Shown here one piece after another: positions 48,901-62,152 of a stretch of 64,000 bases of DNA (position 1 is its first letter; every line of letters starts with the position of its first letter). Both the position numbers and the translations under genes were made by a program. Location: assembly GCF_039555335.1 (NCBI RefSeq), contig NC_092633.1, forward strand, positions 21,100,334 through 21,164,333, read 5' to 3'. This DNA comes from Amphiura filiformis. Its lineage: Eukaryota. The notes under the pieces were generated by a model. The model ran no database searches. It had not been told where the DNA came from and saw only the letters and a program-made list of their open reading frames with translations.

Positions 48901-49553
48901 TGTCATTCAAGGTCATTATACTCTCGATTCCCTGTTCCATAAATCGAAGGCAATGCTCTAAAAAAGCCCCCGTAAAATGAAAGAAATGCCAGTTTCGGGA
49001 AAACCGTGTCCTCAAAGACCTCGAATGGTATGTCAGAATATGTCACGATATTATTCGAGTGGAAACGAGCGAATAACAAAGAAAGCCTTTTAAAATATTG
49101 AAACCTAGCTTTAATGGCGTCAATCACATAATAACTACTCTGACAACTTCATTGAAAGAGTTGGCCTTGAGCACTAACTGGGTAATCCATCGGTGTATTC
49201 TATCGCATTTCATTCAGTAAAAGTGAAATCATGTCCGTAAATGGTGATTATCACTAATGTATGTGTCTTCAATAATATTTCTAATGCCACTCATGTTTGT
49301 ATAACTTCTCATCTTGAATAGAATGTGTTATGTGTAGCGGTGATCTAAAAGTATGTCAATGTCATTATTTATATGTTCATTGTGTACAATTTGAATCGTA
49401 ACACTTGTTTTTATTCTTTAATTTTACCTTGCTTTTCAAACTAGATGTGCGATGTAAGTATACCAGCTCTAATACATTGAAAATACTGCGCAAAAATCTA
49501 TATCGACAAACATAACAAAAATAGAACGATTCGAACCAGGTATACCAACTTAA

Positions 49554-49904
49554 GGGGGTACTACACCTCTGGCCAATTTTTTGCCTATTTGTGCAAAAAA
49601 AAAAAAATTATAGCACATTGGTGACAAGTAAGATATGTATATTATAGGGGCAAGGACTACAACTACTGCACTGAAAATTCAGCAACTCGAGGCAAGTAGT
49701 TATTGATTTATTGATCAAATATTGGTTTTCCCTCATTTTTGACTGTAACCCCACAACTGTTGTCTGTGCTGAAATAAAATTTCCAGTGCAGTAGTTGTAG
49801 TCATTGCCCCTATAATATATATATCTTACTTGTCCCCAATGCACTATAATTTTTGAGAAAAATGCAAAAATAGGCACAAAATTGGGCAGGGGTGTAGTAC
49901 CCCC
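49554..49904. mobile_element. TTAA-flanked MITE (351 bp) with ~125-bp near-perfect TIRs and GGGGG...CCCCC termini
   Basis: TTAA at 49550-53 and 49905-08. gggggtactacacctctggccaattttttgcctatttgtgc... is the reverse complement of the right arm. A paralogous near-empty site on the opposite strand at 50875-50915 reads gattcaaaccaggtataccaacTTGAtgtggggaacaagaca. Confidence 0.75.
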
Positions 49905-52900
49905 TTAATGTGGGAACAAGACAAAGACGAAATTAGATAAAAACTAGTGCAGTATGTAAACCATGGTGGTGTACACTGACACTGTACCAGCAAAAAAATC
50001 CAAAACCATGAGTAGCAGGCACAAATTACAGATAATAATAATTAAACTAAGGTAGCAAGCAAAAAATATATCAAAACCACAGAGGTAGAGAGCTAGCTTG
50101 TACCTGAAGAAGGGCAGTTTATCTACCCGAAACATCGATTGTAATTTTGTTTACTTTTGTCTACCATCCCTGTGTTTTTGGAACTTTTATTAGTGCAATG
50201 TCAGCCGGTCGTTTCAAATAATAAGTTTTAGTATTGGTTTTGGTTTTGATCACGGGTTTCAAGAAGTCCTAAGCTCTTGACTGACATCATTACCAATACA
50301 TTTGGCTGTACCTTTTGTTAGAAGGTTGAAAATTGTAGAAAACAGTTTTGGTTTTCATTTCAATTTGTTACATAATCGTGTGACCGCAGATTATCAGGTT
50401 TGAAGTTACCTTGATCAAAGTATTTTAATATTTCGCAGTGCAATTTTTACGAGCAGAAATGTCGAACAAGTCAATCTACGGCTTATTTCCACCTAAAAAA
50501 TATAGATCATCGAAATATTTCCACTGAGATTACAAAAGAATAGACACTCGAGTGGTATAAACACATCTATTCATGTGATAATCGCATGCATGAGGTTATA
50601 GCATATACGTATGGTCCTCTCAACACTATAAAAGTTGAATTTATCACTGAGCGAAAAGCGGTTGGTACTTGACCAATGAGGTAGTGGCGCTTTTCCCAAC
50701 GCAAGAAAAGGCGATCTACCGCATTGGGTAAAAACCAATCGCTGTCGATCACTATGTAGTATAAATTTAGCTTTAGATGTTATGATGCAGACAAGTGCTG
50801 CCCCTCTTTTAAATCCGCTGATTTTTGGTTTCTGAACAAAGGAGAAATGAAAACTTATAGGTAGCGTATACCTTGTCTTGTTCCCCACATCAAGTTGGTA
50901 TACCTGGTTTGAATCTTTCTGTTTTTATATATTCTAGGTATCCTCTTGTATCATCCTTGGATACCTTGGTGTGTTTTGTACCTCGTCCGTTGGAGACACT
51001 ATTAACTACTTTGATTAAATAAAACATTACAATATTATTAAACATAAATGGATAAGTATAGTTTTAATAGTTAATAAAAATTTACCTCTAACGGAAAACC
51101 TATAGTGTGTTTCTAATTCAATTATTTTTATTCTCGTTATTTTTCCTTTCGTCTTTGGATCTCACAGTATCATGCAGCAGTAAGTACATTACCAAACAAA
51201 CGCTTTTTCAAATGTTATAAGTATATTTTCACAGTTACTTTAAATAACTTTACTTGGTTATGCAATATGCATGTAATGTTACTGTGTATACTCATTTTTG
51301 TACTCAACTTCCTGTGTTATGTTTAATCGCATTCAAGTATTACACTATCCAATGTCAGTGTATGTCCTTGTAACCGTGCATAAACACAAATGTTATTCTT
51401 TGGAAAACACGATTATACATATCAATGGTAATTTGTCTGAGAGCCGATGAAATACTGTAACAACAGCCGTTGATCTAGAAACGATCCTCATCCCACGATA
51501 AATATTGTTTCTTACATCAAACGGTTACAAAAACCCCTTCTGGTTATTTCGATTAACAATCATTCTTATTATTTGCTTCACACTTGTATTGCTATTCTTA
51601 AAGTCTCCTCAATTATATACCGATCCAAAATGCCTACGCTTCGTCGAATTAAACATTTTGACATTTTTAAATAAGCATCGTAGACATAGATCTTGAACAT
51701 GCGAAAGCCAGTAGAAATAACATAAGGATAAATACAAAGGAATTCATTGTATATTATCCACGATATTAATCATGACTGCTCTATACTTGGCCTAAGAATA
51801 TATTCTCAAATATATTTAAGTGCACTTTTTTCCGTGTATTTCTCTGAAAATTAAAAAAACGAAAGAGTGTCTCTGATTGTGTTTATTACAAAACTTATAT
51901 TAAAGTTGTTCCCTATTCCTTCCCTTTAATAATACCTGTAAGTGGTATAGCCATATAAGTACACGCAAACAAAAATGGGGAAAAATTCTGTCTTTAAATA
52001 AACAATATATATTTTCAGACTTACATATGAACGTCAGATGTATACTTTTGATACTTTACTTTACTGATTATAAATTTCAGTATAATTGATACTAATATAA
52101 TATCTTAACTCTTTTTCTTAACTTTTTTTCTGTTCTATTCTCGCATCCATAGAATTGTAGAGGGGTAAGTTATTTATGTTGAAACTTTCAAGTTTTAAAA
52201 TGATGTGACTTCGAAAGTATCACGACAAAATCCATGAGAACTACCTGCCGATTGACCAAAAAGAAGTTTTCATTATCAATTGGACCAATCAGCAACATTG
52301 TTAGACTAATTTCACCACACATAAAATTGGGGTTAATTATTTGCAAAGCTCCATTCTGATTGGTGATTAAAGTGAAGATATCACGTAATTGACCAATCAG
52401 AGGCAATGTTAGATCGGCAGGTAGTGCTCAGGGGGTTAAGCTAATAATAAATGTCTGGTTCACGTCAAAAATACGTTCGTGACGAATACCCGTTAAGATA
52501 AAATATAGAGGGCGCCTGTCAATAATGCCCAATTGATTATGTAAAGGGACTTTTTCAGAGATCCGTATCAAATATATCTGTGAAATTTTCTAAATTCGCT
52601 TTAAAATTGCCCTGAAACAATTTTATTTTCAGAAATATCGACAAAATATGGTTATACGTAAGTCTTTGAGATCGCTTCCTCTATTGGATCCGCACAGAAT
52701 GCCCGGTCATAAAGAATTAAGATTAATCTCTCTTTATCTGAATCGCAGTGTCTAACTTATTCAACATCAGTCTCTTGATAATGCAGTTTCTAGCTAATTG
52801 TTCAATGTGAAGTGCCCAGCTAATTATTCAATGTGGTTACTATATATATTATGATTAAGTATTTTAAAAGTGCAAAATAATTGTCATGCATGATTATTAT

Positions 52901-53017
52901 GTAAGTTATGCCTTGACCATATAAGGCAAGTTTCCGCAATTGACTGATCTCTGAATGTCCCGTTAATGATTTAACAGTCTCAACGTTTAGCGTTTTACAT
53001 CTATAATAACTGTATAA

Positions 53018-53020
53018 TAA

Positions 53021-53113
<93 letters not shown>

Positions 53114-53135
53114 ACTATTATTATTATTATTACTA
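53018..53135 (+). repeat. (ATT)n microsatellite, about 38 units with a few interruptions
   Basis: attattattatt... The poly-Ile ORF reported at 52987..53172 (-) is its translation artefact. Confidence 0.95.
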
Positions 53136-53369
53136 TTTCTGCAGATCTGGTCATCTGGTGGTAGTAGAACAAATAAACGAACAGATACAGTAAGTTTGCT
53201 TTTAAAGTGATATCACATTAACATGATTAAGAACTCTGTAACCCACCTTTGCACCGTATTTTTAGTGGGACCGTAGAGCATATCACACACATATATCCTT
53301 TTGATATCAAATAATATTTGAAATTCGCCTAATAATACAAAATGTATGGAAAATTAAACTTTATAAACC

Positions 53370-53560
53370 AAATGATACCGGTATGTACTTAAAGTGTATG
53401 TAGCTGGGAGGAAAAGCTGTTTAGACCTTTCTTATTGAGGATATAATTGTGGGAAACTTCAATATAAAAGGTCAACATTTTCATATGATGGTCGACTTTT
53501 CATTCCAGCTACATACAAGTACGTAGGATTACATTTCTATAAAGTCTACCTAGTTTAGTT
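53370..53560. mobile_element. Fragment related to the 17727-18270 MITE family
   Basis: cttaaagtgtatgtagctgggagg...ccagctacatacaagtac resembles 17975-18050. Confidence 0.4.
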
Positions 53561-53576
53561 TGAGGACTGAAAAATG

Positions 53577-53990
53577 CCATCAAATTTGTATTATATCGTG
53601 AAAAATCCAATATCAGAAGGACATTTCTCATAATCAGAATGTAATTTGGTGTGTTTGATGTACTCCCAGATCCCACAAAAACACTATGCAAAGGTGGGTG
53701 ACCGAGTCCTTAAATCAAATTTTGATTTTGTTGCCACAGAAAACACAAGCACTGAAAAATGTCAAATATGCCAATTTTTGCCATCAAATTTGTATCATAT
53801 CGGGAATTTCAAAAAATCAAAATTATTTGATATCAGAAGGACATTCCTCTTATTCAGAATGTAATTTAGTGTGTCCGATGTGCTCTCAGGTCTCACAAAA
53901 ATACTGTGCAACGGTGGGTGACCGAGCCCTTAAATCAAACTTTGATGCCACAGAAAACAGAAGCAACCCCAAAAAAACCGGAGCCTCTTC
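53577..53990 (+). repeat. 2 x ~204-bp tandem duplication derived from the 17727-family MITE arm
   Basis: ccatcaaatttgta...tatcagaaggacatt...attcagaatgtaattt.gtgtgt..gatgt.ctc..ag.tc.cacaaaaa..ctatgcaa.ggtgggtgaccgag.ccttaaatcaaa occurs at 53577 and again at 53781. Confidence 0.6.
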
Positions 53991-54469
53991 CATTTATCGA
54001 GATTCTGAAAATAGCCAATATCATAATATGATAATATACTATCAGATTTCTGTGATATTTGGAACGACTTCCGGTTTTTTAATATCGGTTCCATTAAACA
54101 ATTCGTGTTTATAGTTGTATTCCATTTATCTCGAGTCATTTAAAGTGCATCGATATGTTGCATTTCGATGTGACCATTAATATCAGTCCAAAGTATTAAG
54201 TGGTTGCCAATTATTTAGAAACGGGTTATAATGTACGAAAGGTATCTTTAACGGAAACGCTAATTATAGCCAGACTATGGTTCAAATATAAAAAAAATAA
54301 TTATTGTCGATTAGAGTGAATTAAGTGACCTTGAAAAATGACACGGACAGTATAAGCCTTAAGTACTGTAAGTTTTATATAAGAACCCAGTGTGTAAAAT
54401 GGTATAGAATCGACTACAAAAATCCCCATGTGATAGCTTTGAATGTTACTTTAATATAGATATTTTTGT

Positions 54470-56170
54470 GGCTGTTTTGTTTTTGTTTTTGTTTGTTATG
54501 TTTCATTACTATTATTTTTTAGTTAAAAAAAAGAACTTACATATGATATTTATGTGATACGGCATGGCTAAGATCTGAGGTAACATGTTGAAATCAGTTT
54601 TGTCGCTAGCATAGTGTGACACAGACATAACTAATACTTTTGAGCGTACATTTAAAGGTTGATATATCGGGTGAAGTAGGTCATATAGCTGTATAACGGG
54701 TAAGAGGATGTTGATAACAGAGGTAAGAGCCTGTAAAACGTCACAATACAGAATGAGTAAACTTTCTCTGTGTAGTTTTCTATTACCTGTCGAAAGCTTA
54801 CCCTTTAGAGTGCTTATAGGTTTATTATTTCATGTCGCTAGAACTGGTACTGGGACTTGGAAGCCTATGTAATACAAATCTCGCCATTATAAAAACAAAA
54901 TTCTGGTTTTATCGCTCATTCAATCTGTTGCTTTGAGAAACGTGTAGATATAGGAAGCGTAAACTATACGGCAACCGATGTGTAAATGTATTTTATATAA
55001 GCACTAAATACAAAAAATAAGAAGAATTATTATACATCTCGTGATAATAAACGTATATCTAAGCCGCACATCTCGTTAGCCAATCTAATAGTGGACATTA
55101 ATATTCCTTTGTATGCATTATTTCGCATCATTTGAATTTGTAATATTAAACATTAATACAGCTGGATCTAATTTGATCAGTAATGATTATTTTGTTAGTT
55201 ATGCCTTGACTGGGATTATAAGGCAATGTTCCGCTTTGTGGACAACTGGAGGAACCATATGCATGATATGACGTATTGAAAGTTTTAGTTGGCAGTGATC
55301 ATGTTAAACGTGATAAAGCAATAATTAGTTATCCATTCTAAATGTTAGTTGGACTTTAGGTGTTTCCGACTCAACTCTAATCTAAATTTTATTTCAACAT
55401 CAAATTAATTTTCATTTGAGCTGTTGTTTCACGCGGCTTAATCCAACGCAAGAAACAACCTTGACATTAATAACGCAAGCTTGAGTTTCCTTACCTTGCT
55501 TACGTGTGTTGAAGGGAACTAGTTAACATTATATTTTATTTATGTGTTTTTTAAAATATATGATAGTCAACATTTATTTAAGCTTATCATTGAAGGTGAA
55601 AGAGTTTGGGTAAAGCCACTCAAACAGTGTGCTTCACCACAGGACTGTGCGATAGAGGTGAATGTGAAGCTATAGAATACTGTGATTTTCAAAACAAAAG
55701 TAACTTTATATTAGTATGCTGTTTTAGATTTCTAATAAAATGATATGACACTTGATATTAAGCCAATACAATGTCCATAAGCAGTACGTCTCAATAGTTC
55801 CAAATGTTTTTTCTGTGTATTTGTTCGAACCTAAGATATGGTTGTATAAAAGTATTAATACACATACATAAATTTACTCCAAGCAAGTCATCCAATGTAT
55901 AACAAAGAGTTATGATGTATCGACTGCTCAGTGCCAGAAGTGTGTATGTACAATAGCTGCTATGTGTAGATGAGTGCAATATACTGTGAATTGTCATATG
56001 TTCATAAGGCAGCTATTGCACTTACCCACTTGTGGTACTGATCAGTCGGTATGGTTATCTTTGTTGTGACTTAATTTGCAGTGGCATATGTGTTTGCTCA
56101 TTGACTTAACTTGACTTGAGTTAATAATAATTTGAGTAGTTTTCTTAAACGACTTTCCACAGCTTCCTGT
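54470..56170 (+). repeat. Segmental tandem duplication, unit 1 (~2.05-kb period)
   Basis: 54470-55650 vs 56520-57690, 55700-55870 vs 57700-57870 and 56100-56170 vs 57925-57990 are all colinear at ~85-90% identity by eye. Confidence 0.65.
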
Positions 56171-56199
56171 CCTGCATAGATATTTCCCCAAAACACCAC

Positions 56200-56480
56200 A
56201 AAAAATGTGATATTTTTGGAAAATATCTTCAATAAGAAAGGTCAAAATTTTCAATTGATCGTCGGCTTTTCATCACAGCTACATACACTTCAAGTACATA
56301 CCATTACATTTATACAAAAGACTATTAAATTAAAAAAATATCAATTTTTAATCATTTGCCATAAAATCAGAATTATTTGATATCGGAAGGACATTCCTCG
56401 TATTCAAAATGCAATTCGATATGTCTGGTGTGCTCTCAGGTACCACAAAAAAATATTTGACAACGTCGCTTTCCGAGCCC
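56200..56480. mobile_element. Fragment related to the 17727-18270 MITE family
   Basis: tatcggaaggacattcctcgtattcaaaatgcaattcgatatgtctggtgtgctctcagg matches 18170-18237. Confidence 0.45.
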
Positions 56481-56519
56481 TTAATGTATGTATGTATATT
56501 ATTATTGTTTTTTGCGGCT

Positions 56520-57990
56520 TCTTTGTTTTGTTTTTGTTTGTTATATGTTTTCATTACTATTATTTTTTTAATAAAAAGAGAAGTTACATACGATATTTAT
56601 GTTGAAACGGCATGGTTACGATCTGAGGCACAGGTTGAAATTAGTTTTTGCTAACACAGACATAGCTAGAACTTTTCAGCGTACATTTAAAGGTTGATTT
56701 ATCGGGTGAAGTAGGTCATATAGCTGTATATCGGGTAAGAGGATGTTGATAACAGAGGTAAGAGCCTGCAAAACGTCACAATACAGAATGAGTAAACTTT
56801 CTCTGTGTAGTTTTCTATTACCTGTCGAAAGATTACCCTTAGAGTGCTTAGGTTTATTCCATGACGCTAGAACTGGTACTGGGGCATTGGAAGCCTATGT
56901 AATACAAATATCGCCATTATAAAAACAAAATTCTAGTTTTATCGCTCATTCAATCTGTTGCTTTGAGAAACGTGTAGATATAGGAAGCGTAAAACTCTAC
57001 GGCAACCGATGTGTAATGTATTTTACATAAGCACTAAATACAAAAAATAAGAAGAATTATTATACATCTCGTGATAATAAACGTATATCTAAGCCGCACA
57101 TCTCGTTAGCCAATCTAATAGTGTACATTAACATTTCTTTGTATGCATTATTTCGCATCATTTGAATTTGAAATATTAAACATCAAATTTGATCAGTAAT
57201 GATTATTTTGTTAGTTAATGTCTTGACTGGAATTATAAGGCAATGTACCGCTTTGGGCATTTGTAGGTAGCCTACCATAATACATGATATGACGTATTGG
57301 AAGTTTTACTTAGCCATACTTTTGGCAGTGATCATGTTAAACATGATAAAGCAATAATTTGTCATTCAGTCTTGGACTTTAGTCTTCAGGTCTTTCCGAC
57401 TTAACTTTATTCTAAAATTAATTTCAACATCAAATTAATTTTCTTTTGAGCTGTTGTTTTACGAGGCTTAATAATCCAACGCAAGAAACAACCTTGCCAT
57501 TAATAACGTAAGCATGAGTTTCCTTACTCTGCTTAAGTGCGTTGAAGGGAACTAATTAACATTATGTTTTATTTATGTTTTTTTAAATATGATATTCAAC
57601 TTTTATTCAAGCTTGATGGTGAAAGAGTTTGGATAAATGCACTCAAGTAGCGTCATATAAGACATTCTTCACCACACGACAATACTTTTAGTAGTATGTT
57701 GTTTTAGAGTTCTAATACAAAAATGATATGACACTTGATAAGTCAATTGCTATTACATGTACAATGTATGTACAGAACGTCCCAATATGGTTTTTCTATG
57801 TATTTGTTCGAACCTAAGAAATGGTTGTATAAAACATTGAATATATACATACGCCAAGTGAATCATCCAATGTATAACGTCCACTGAGGTTGTTCGGACA
57901 CTATGGTCTGTGTGTTTTTCTCAAACTTGACTGAGTTAATAATAATTTGAGTAGTTTTCTCGAACGACTTTCCACAGCTTCCTGTCCTGC
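56520..57990 (+). repeat. Segmental tandem duplication, unit 2
   Basis: See 54470-56170. Confidence 0.65.
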
Positions 57991-59195
57991 ATTGCTGTCT
58001 CAAGGTATAATTTATGAAGTCCAGTGTCTTGTTGTAGAACATCGAAGTGTTTTGATACTGGACTGTCCTCACTCCTGAATCAGTGACCAGCAAATCATGC
58101 CATTTTCCTGGTCTACTTAATTATCTTAAGAGATCCCCATACAACTCTACACAGAAAGACGGTTCGAATCATTCTGGTGCAAAATCCATTCTACTATTTG
58201 GTCAGTTTTTTGGCGTGATTGTCCATCCCTTGCAACCGCCACAGGCTTACCAACATAGCGGGCCATGTAGCATACTTTCCATGCTCCAAGGTACTCGAAG
58301 TCCTCATTATATTAACATGTTTTATCAGTTGAACATTCACGAACCCCCGGCACGTATTAGACATACAGAAGAGGAAATGTGGACAATAGTATCATTGAAA
58401 ACGTTTCCTTGAATAAAATAAAATGTAATAATTTTGTTTGCACACCTTTAAAATTAATTCCCTTTCCGGATTCAAATAGTCGGGGTGATTGTATTTGACA
58501 CCATTTGAAGTCGTCGAGTTGTCACTGTGGTGTCATTATATCTGAAGATATTAACTATCGGCACATGCCACAACCTGTTCAATGATATTTCAGTATCGGC
58601 ATAACATTGAGGTTCTGTGTTGAGTTGTTGAAAACTAAATTATTAGCATAGGTGGCTCTTGTGTTGTGCAAGATCATGATTGTATCCTTATATACCTGTT
58701 GGACTAGTAAAACTTATGGATTGGCCAATTAATAATTTTGGGACACCCTAATTAAAACTTCTTTGCCTCACTACATTGTATTGTTTTTATCTTTCTAGAA
58801 TTTAAATGAACAGATTCGGGAACACTTTAGAGGACTTTTACAGAAAGCAGCCGAAAGAAGATTACAAAATACACTACAACAGGTAACTTGTAATTATTTG
58901 AATATAGTAGAATATCAGTGCATCAATTACGTAATCAATTATTGCTTTTGTATACAATTCAGTGTCTCCTTAAAAAAACAATAGATATAGAAAAAATATC
59001 CGTTGTTCAGGACTTATCTAGACATACACTCTCAGAAATAAAGGTTCTAAAACGGCTTAAAGAACTTTTTGCCATATACAAATCACAAGAAAGAAGTTCT
59101 TTAAACTGAAAGAGCCCTTAGAAGTTAAAAAAAGTGTTTGCAGAACCATATTTGGTCTTCATAGTTGTTGGTTCGTTAATTGCCATAGAAGTGAT

Positions 59196-59745
59196 GTAAT
59201 TATCGGATTAACTACCATAGCAATAGGTTAAAATTATTTTTGAATATATCGCCCTGCACTCCTCATCACCTGTTTATGTCTACTCTGCAATCATAGATTG
59301 AATACAATACCGCCCTTTTCAAAGATACTAATCTTACAGGTGCGAGAGATCAGCATGATATGAATATTCTATAGAATTACGATCCAGGTATTTATCTCTG
59401 TTCTTTGACATCTATCTCTCAATGCAGAGATACCGCGTGAATGTAATAATGCAGTGCGACATATTCAAAAATTGTTTTAACCTATAGAGGTTATCCACTT
59501 TACTCATGCGTGATTTCTAACAAAAGGCACTGATTCCCGTATTCCTCATTCAAACCAATTCAATACACGACCTCGGAGTTACCTGCATGACTTTGGCGGG
59601 CTATTTTGAAGCATTCATGGTTGCACATGCAGGTACTTCTTTTGAAAGTCCTAAACAAGGTATAGCAGTCGCTGATAGGATTATGCAACTTATAGAACAC
59701 GGATAACCTCTATTGCTATTATTACACCACTTCTACGGCAAATAG
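59196..59745. mobile_element. Longer member (~550 bp) of the same MITE family
   Basis: TIR-like ends ccatagaagtgatgtaattatcggattaactaccatagcaatagg (left) and ctattgctattattacaccacttctacgg (right). Internal homology gattgaatacaataccgcccttttcaaagatactaatcttacaggtg. Confidence 0.5.
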
Positions 59746-60094
59746 GACCGTTGAAGTTTCCACATAGACGACAGATTTTAGAACCATTATTCTGAGAGTG
59801 TATCTCTACAAATCTGCATCAAACCTTAAAAACTTTCATTTTAACTGCAATTTGTATGTTGCAAGTATAAAAGTACGTTAAACTTTGCAATCAAAATTAC
59901 AGTCAGCATTAGAAGTCAAATCAGAATTCAGAACACATCAGAATTGTATCCGCAGCCTTTATTACAATCCAGGATTACGATACACACCCGATAGAAACCC
60001 AACGTGCCCCATCCCAACTCCACTATACTAACAGTCCACCCAGCCCCATAATCCTCACACACATTCCCATACGTGGAAGTCCATTGAAAGCGAG

Positions 60095-60350
60095 TCCCCA
60101 ATTTTCCAAATGGTGTGCCAACGATTGCTTGCCCCCCCTCTCGGCCTGCCAAAAATCGCTTGCTTCCCCCCCCCTCCCTCTTGGCCTGCCAATAAAATTT
60201 CCCCTACCCCCTTTGCTTTGAGCGCAGCGAGCGAGAAAACTTGCATATTTAAGCGTTTCCGTACTGTTCTGTGGGAGGCCTTTTTTTTATAATTTTAGCC
60301 CATTTTTTACCATTTGCGTCAAAGCCCCTCCCCCTCCCCCCACTGAATTA
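60095..60350. repeat. Poly-C-tract dispersed repeat (member 3)
   Basis: gccaacgattgcttgccccccctctcggcctgccaaaaatcgcttgcttccccccccctccctcttggcctgcc. Confidence 0.45.
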
Positions 60351-61996
60351 TCCTGGCTACGCCATTGCTGTTAAACGGGGAATTTGTCCTGCTGATACAG
60401 TATAAATTTGTTTTAGTTCCTATAGTTAACCGGGGGCAGTTTTTAATCACGGATATGGTAGGTACTACTCGTACTAGTACTGTGGAGTCAATATCTCAGC
60501 CCATTGAACATATTTCCAACTGGGGATGTCCCGAGTTTGAATGTGAGATTTCACGTGTGTGTCCCGTTTGCAGTAAATTATGCGTACCCCATCCACACCC
60601 ACATAATGTGTATATAATGAATATAAAATATTATTAAATGACATTTAGGGTTCGAAAACTTGATCTTTATTAAAATTTGAAGCTAGTAATTTATACAAAA
60701 TACATCATACGCACATTCAAAAACTCTCTCATTTCAGAGATCTACGTAATCAATATTTTTAACTGAATTATCTTCTAATCTTGATGCACGCAATTGTCAG
60801 ATGGTTATTGAATATTTCTTTAATATTCAGTTTATCTATATGAAAGTCATTTGTTTTACAAGTGGTCTGGACGTTCTAGTTACTTTGAAAGAGAATATGA
60901 ATATGTCTGGACTTGAACACACACAAAAAGATGTCTATGCGCAATACAATGTCAATGAAGTCTTAAAAGAAATTTCAATAAAGAAACACTAAACCAAGAG
61001 CCCGAAATGCAATACGCGGACAATAAAGGAATGTTTATTCTCATGTGGCCTGCCTAGGTATATGGTTTCTTGTTTCTTAATTTGCTCAGGTTGTACTGAA
61101 ATCATTTTGTATTATAATAATATTCAAAGTGGCAGAACTTGAATATTTTTCTAAAAATAGGTGATTCAACGATAAATTAGTTGGGTTCTAAACGTAATAG
61201 CTCTTAATTAAAAGTTTTAAACATTACAAATGAGCTAAAAATTGCAGTTATACGTTGTGCCCTATAATTGTTACAGTGTTGATATAATTGTAGGAACCTT
61301 AAAGTATATTCATTATCTCGCAGAAACTGAGATAATTTGGAGCTAATCATGCTATAAAGAGGGACATTTTAATATAATATATTTGTCGTAATAAAAAGTG
61401 TTATTCACATGTGCATTAAATTTAAAGCAATTTAAAAGAATTGGTCACCATTACTATGATTGCTTTAATTCCCAACACGGCAAATATAAAATGGCTTTCG
61501 TTTCTTCTCAATCCCCTAGATTACTTCTTAATTGTTATAAACATGACCATGATGACTGCATAGGTATACAGAGTGTATCGGAAAAAATTGTACGGTCAAA
61601 CAAAATTGCTGATAAGATCTTGCCCTCAAAAATAAATGTCCTGGACCATGTGGACCGGTTTAAGAAATTGTGTCTGCAGTGCGTGCTACTCTGACTACAA
61701 TACATTTATTGCTATTTAATTTCAATCAGTGGAACGGATTGGAAATGAGGTATTTCCGTAAAATTCATATATCTCAATAATGAGATGATATATGAAAGCT
61801 GATTTAATGTGCCAATGCATAAAGTATTCCGTCATGTTTGATTCCAGCATTAAAATACCCAAAAATGTAAATTTCTGGCGGTGCTTGTGTTACTTGTGTT
61901 GTGAAATCAACACATTTTAGTCGAGTAGATAACCATAAAATATCATGTGTAAAGTTGGGTATGACCATCATAGTCACTTTAAATGATAGTTTAAAT

Positions 61997-62152
61997 GTCA
62001 GTTGTGTAGATGAAGAATTTGACGGGTGCCCATTGGGTACCCTTGAGGATTTCGAGATATTCTGAAACACACATGTCAGTTGTGTAGATGAAGATTTTGA
62101 CGGGTGCCCATTGGATACCCTTGAGGATTTCGAGATATTCTGAAACACAGAG
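61997..62152 (+). repeat. 2 x 78-bp tandem duplication followed by a G10-12 run
   Basis: gtcagttgtgtagatgaaga.tttgacgggtgcccattgg.tacccttgaggatttcgagatattctgaaacaca at 61997 and 62075, then agggggggggggtc at 62153. The 123-aa minus-strand ORF with the repeated VFQNISKSSRV.NGHPS.SSSTQLT is its translation. Confidence 0.8.

Noticed and set aside
49528-49552. tRNA-like T-arm motif GGTTCGAATC (minus strand), which suggested a tRNA gene or a tRNA-derived SINE at the MITE insertion site
   Set aside because: No complementary stem follows the TTCGAAT loop, and no acceptor or anticodon arms can be drawn. The paralog at 50895 has GGTTTGAATC followed by unrelated sequence, so this is a chance motif.
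52987-53172. 61-aa poly-Ile ORF in the six-frame track
   Set aside because: It is a direct translation of the (ATT)n microsatellite at 53018-53135 and not a gene.
58083-58412. 109-aa plus-strand ORF just upstream of the candidate exons
   Set aside because: It has no recognisable domain or motif, Ser/Pro/Gln-rich composition and no splice context. A random ORF of this length is expected in 64 kb.
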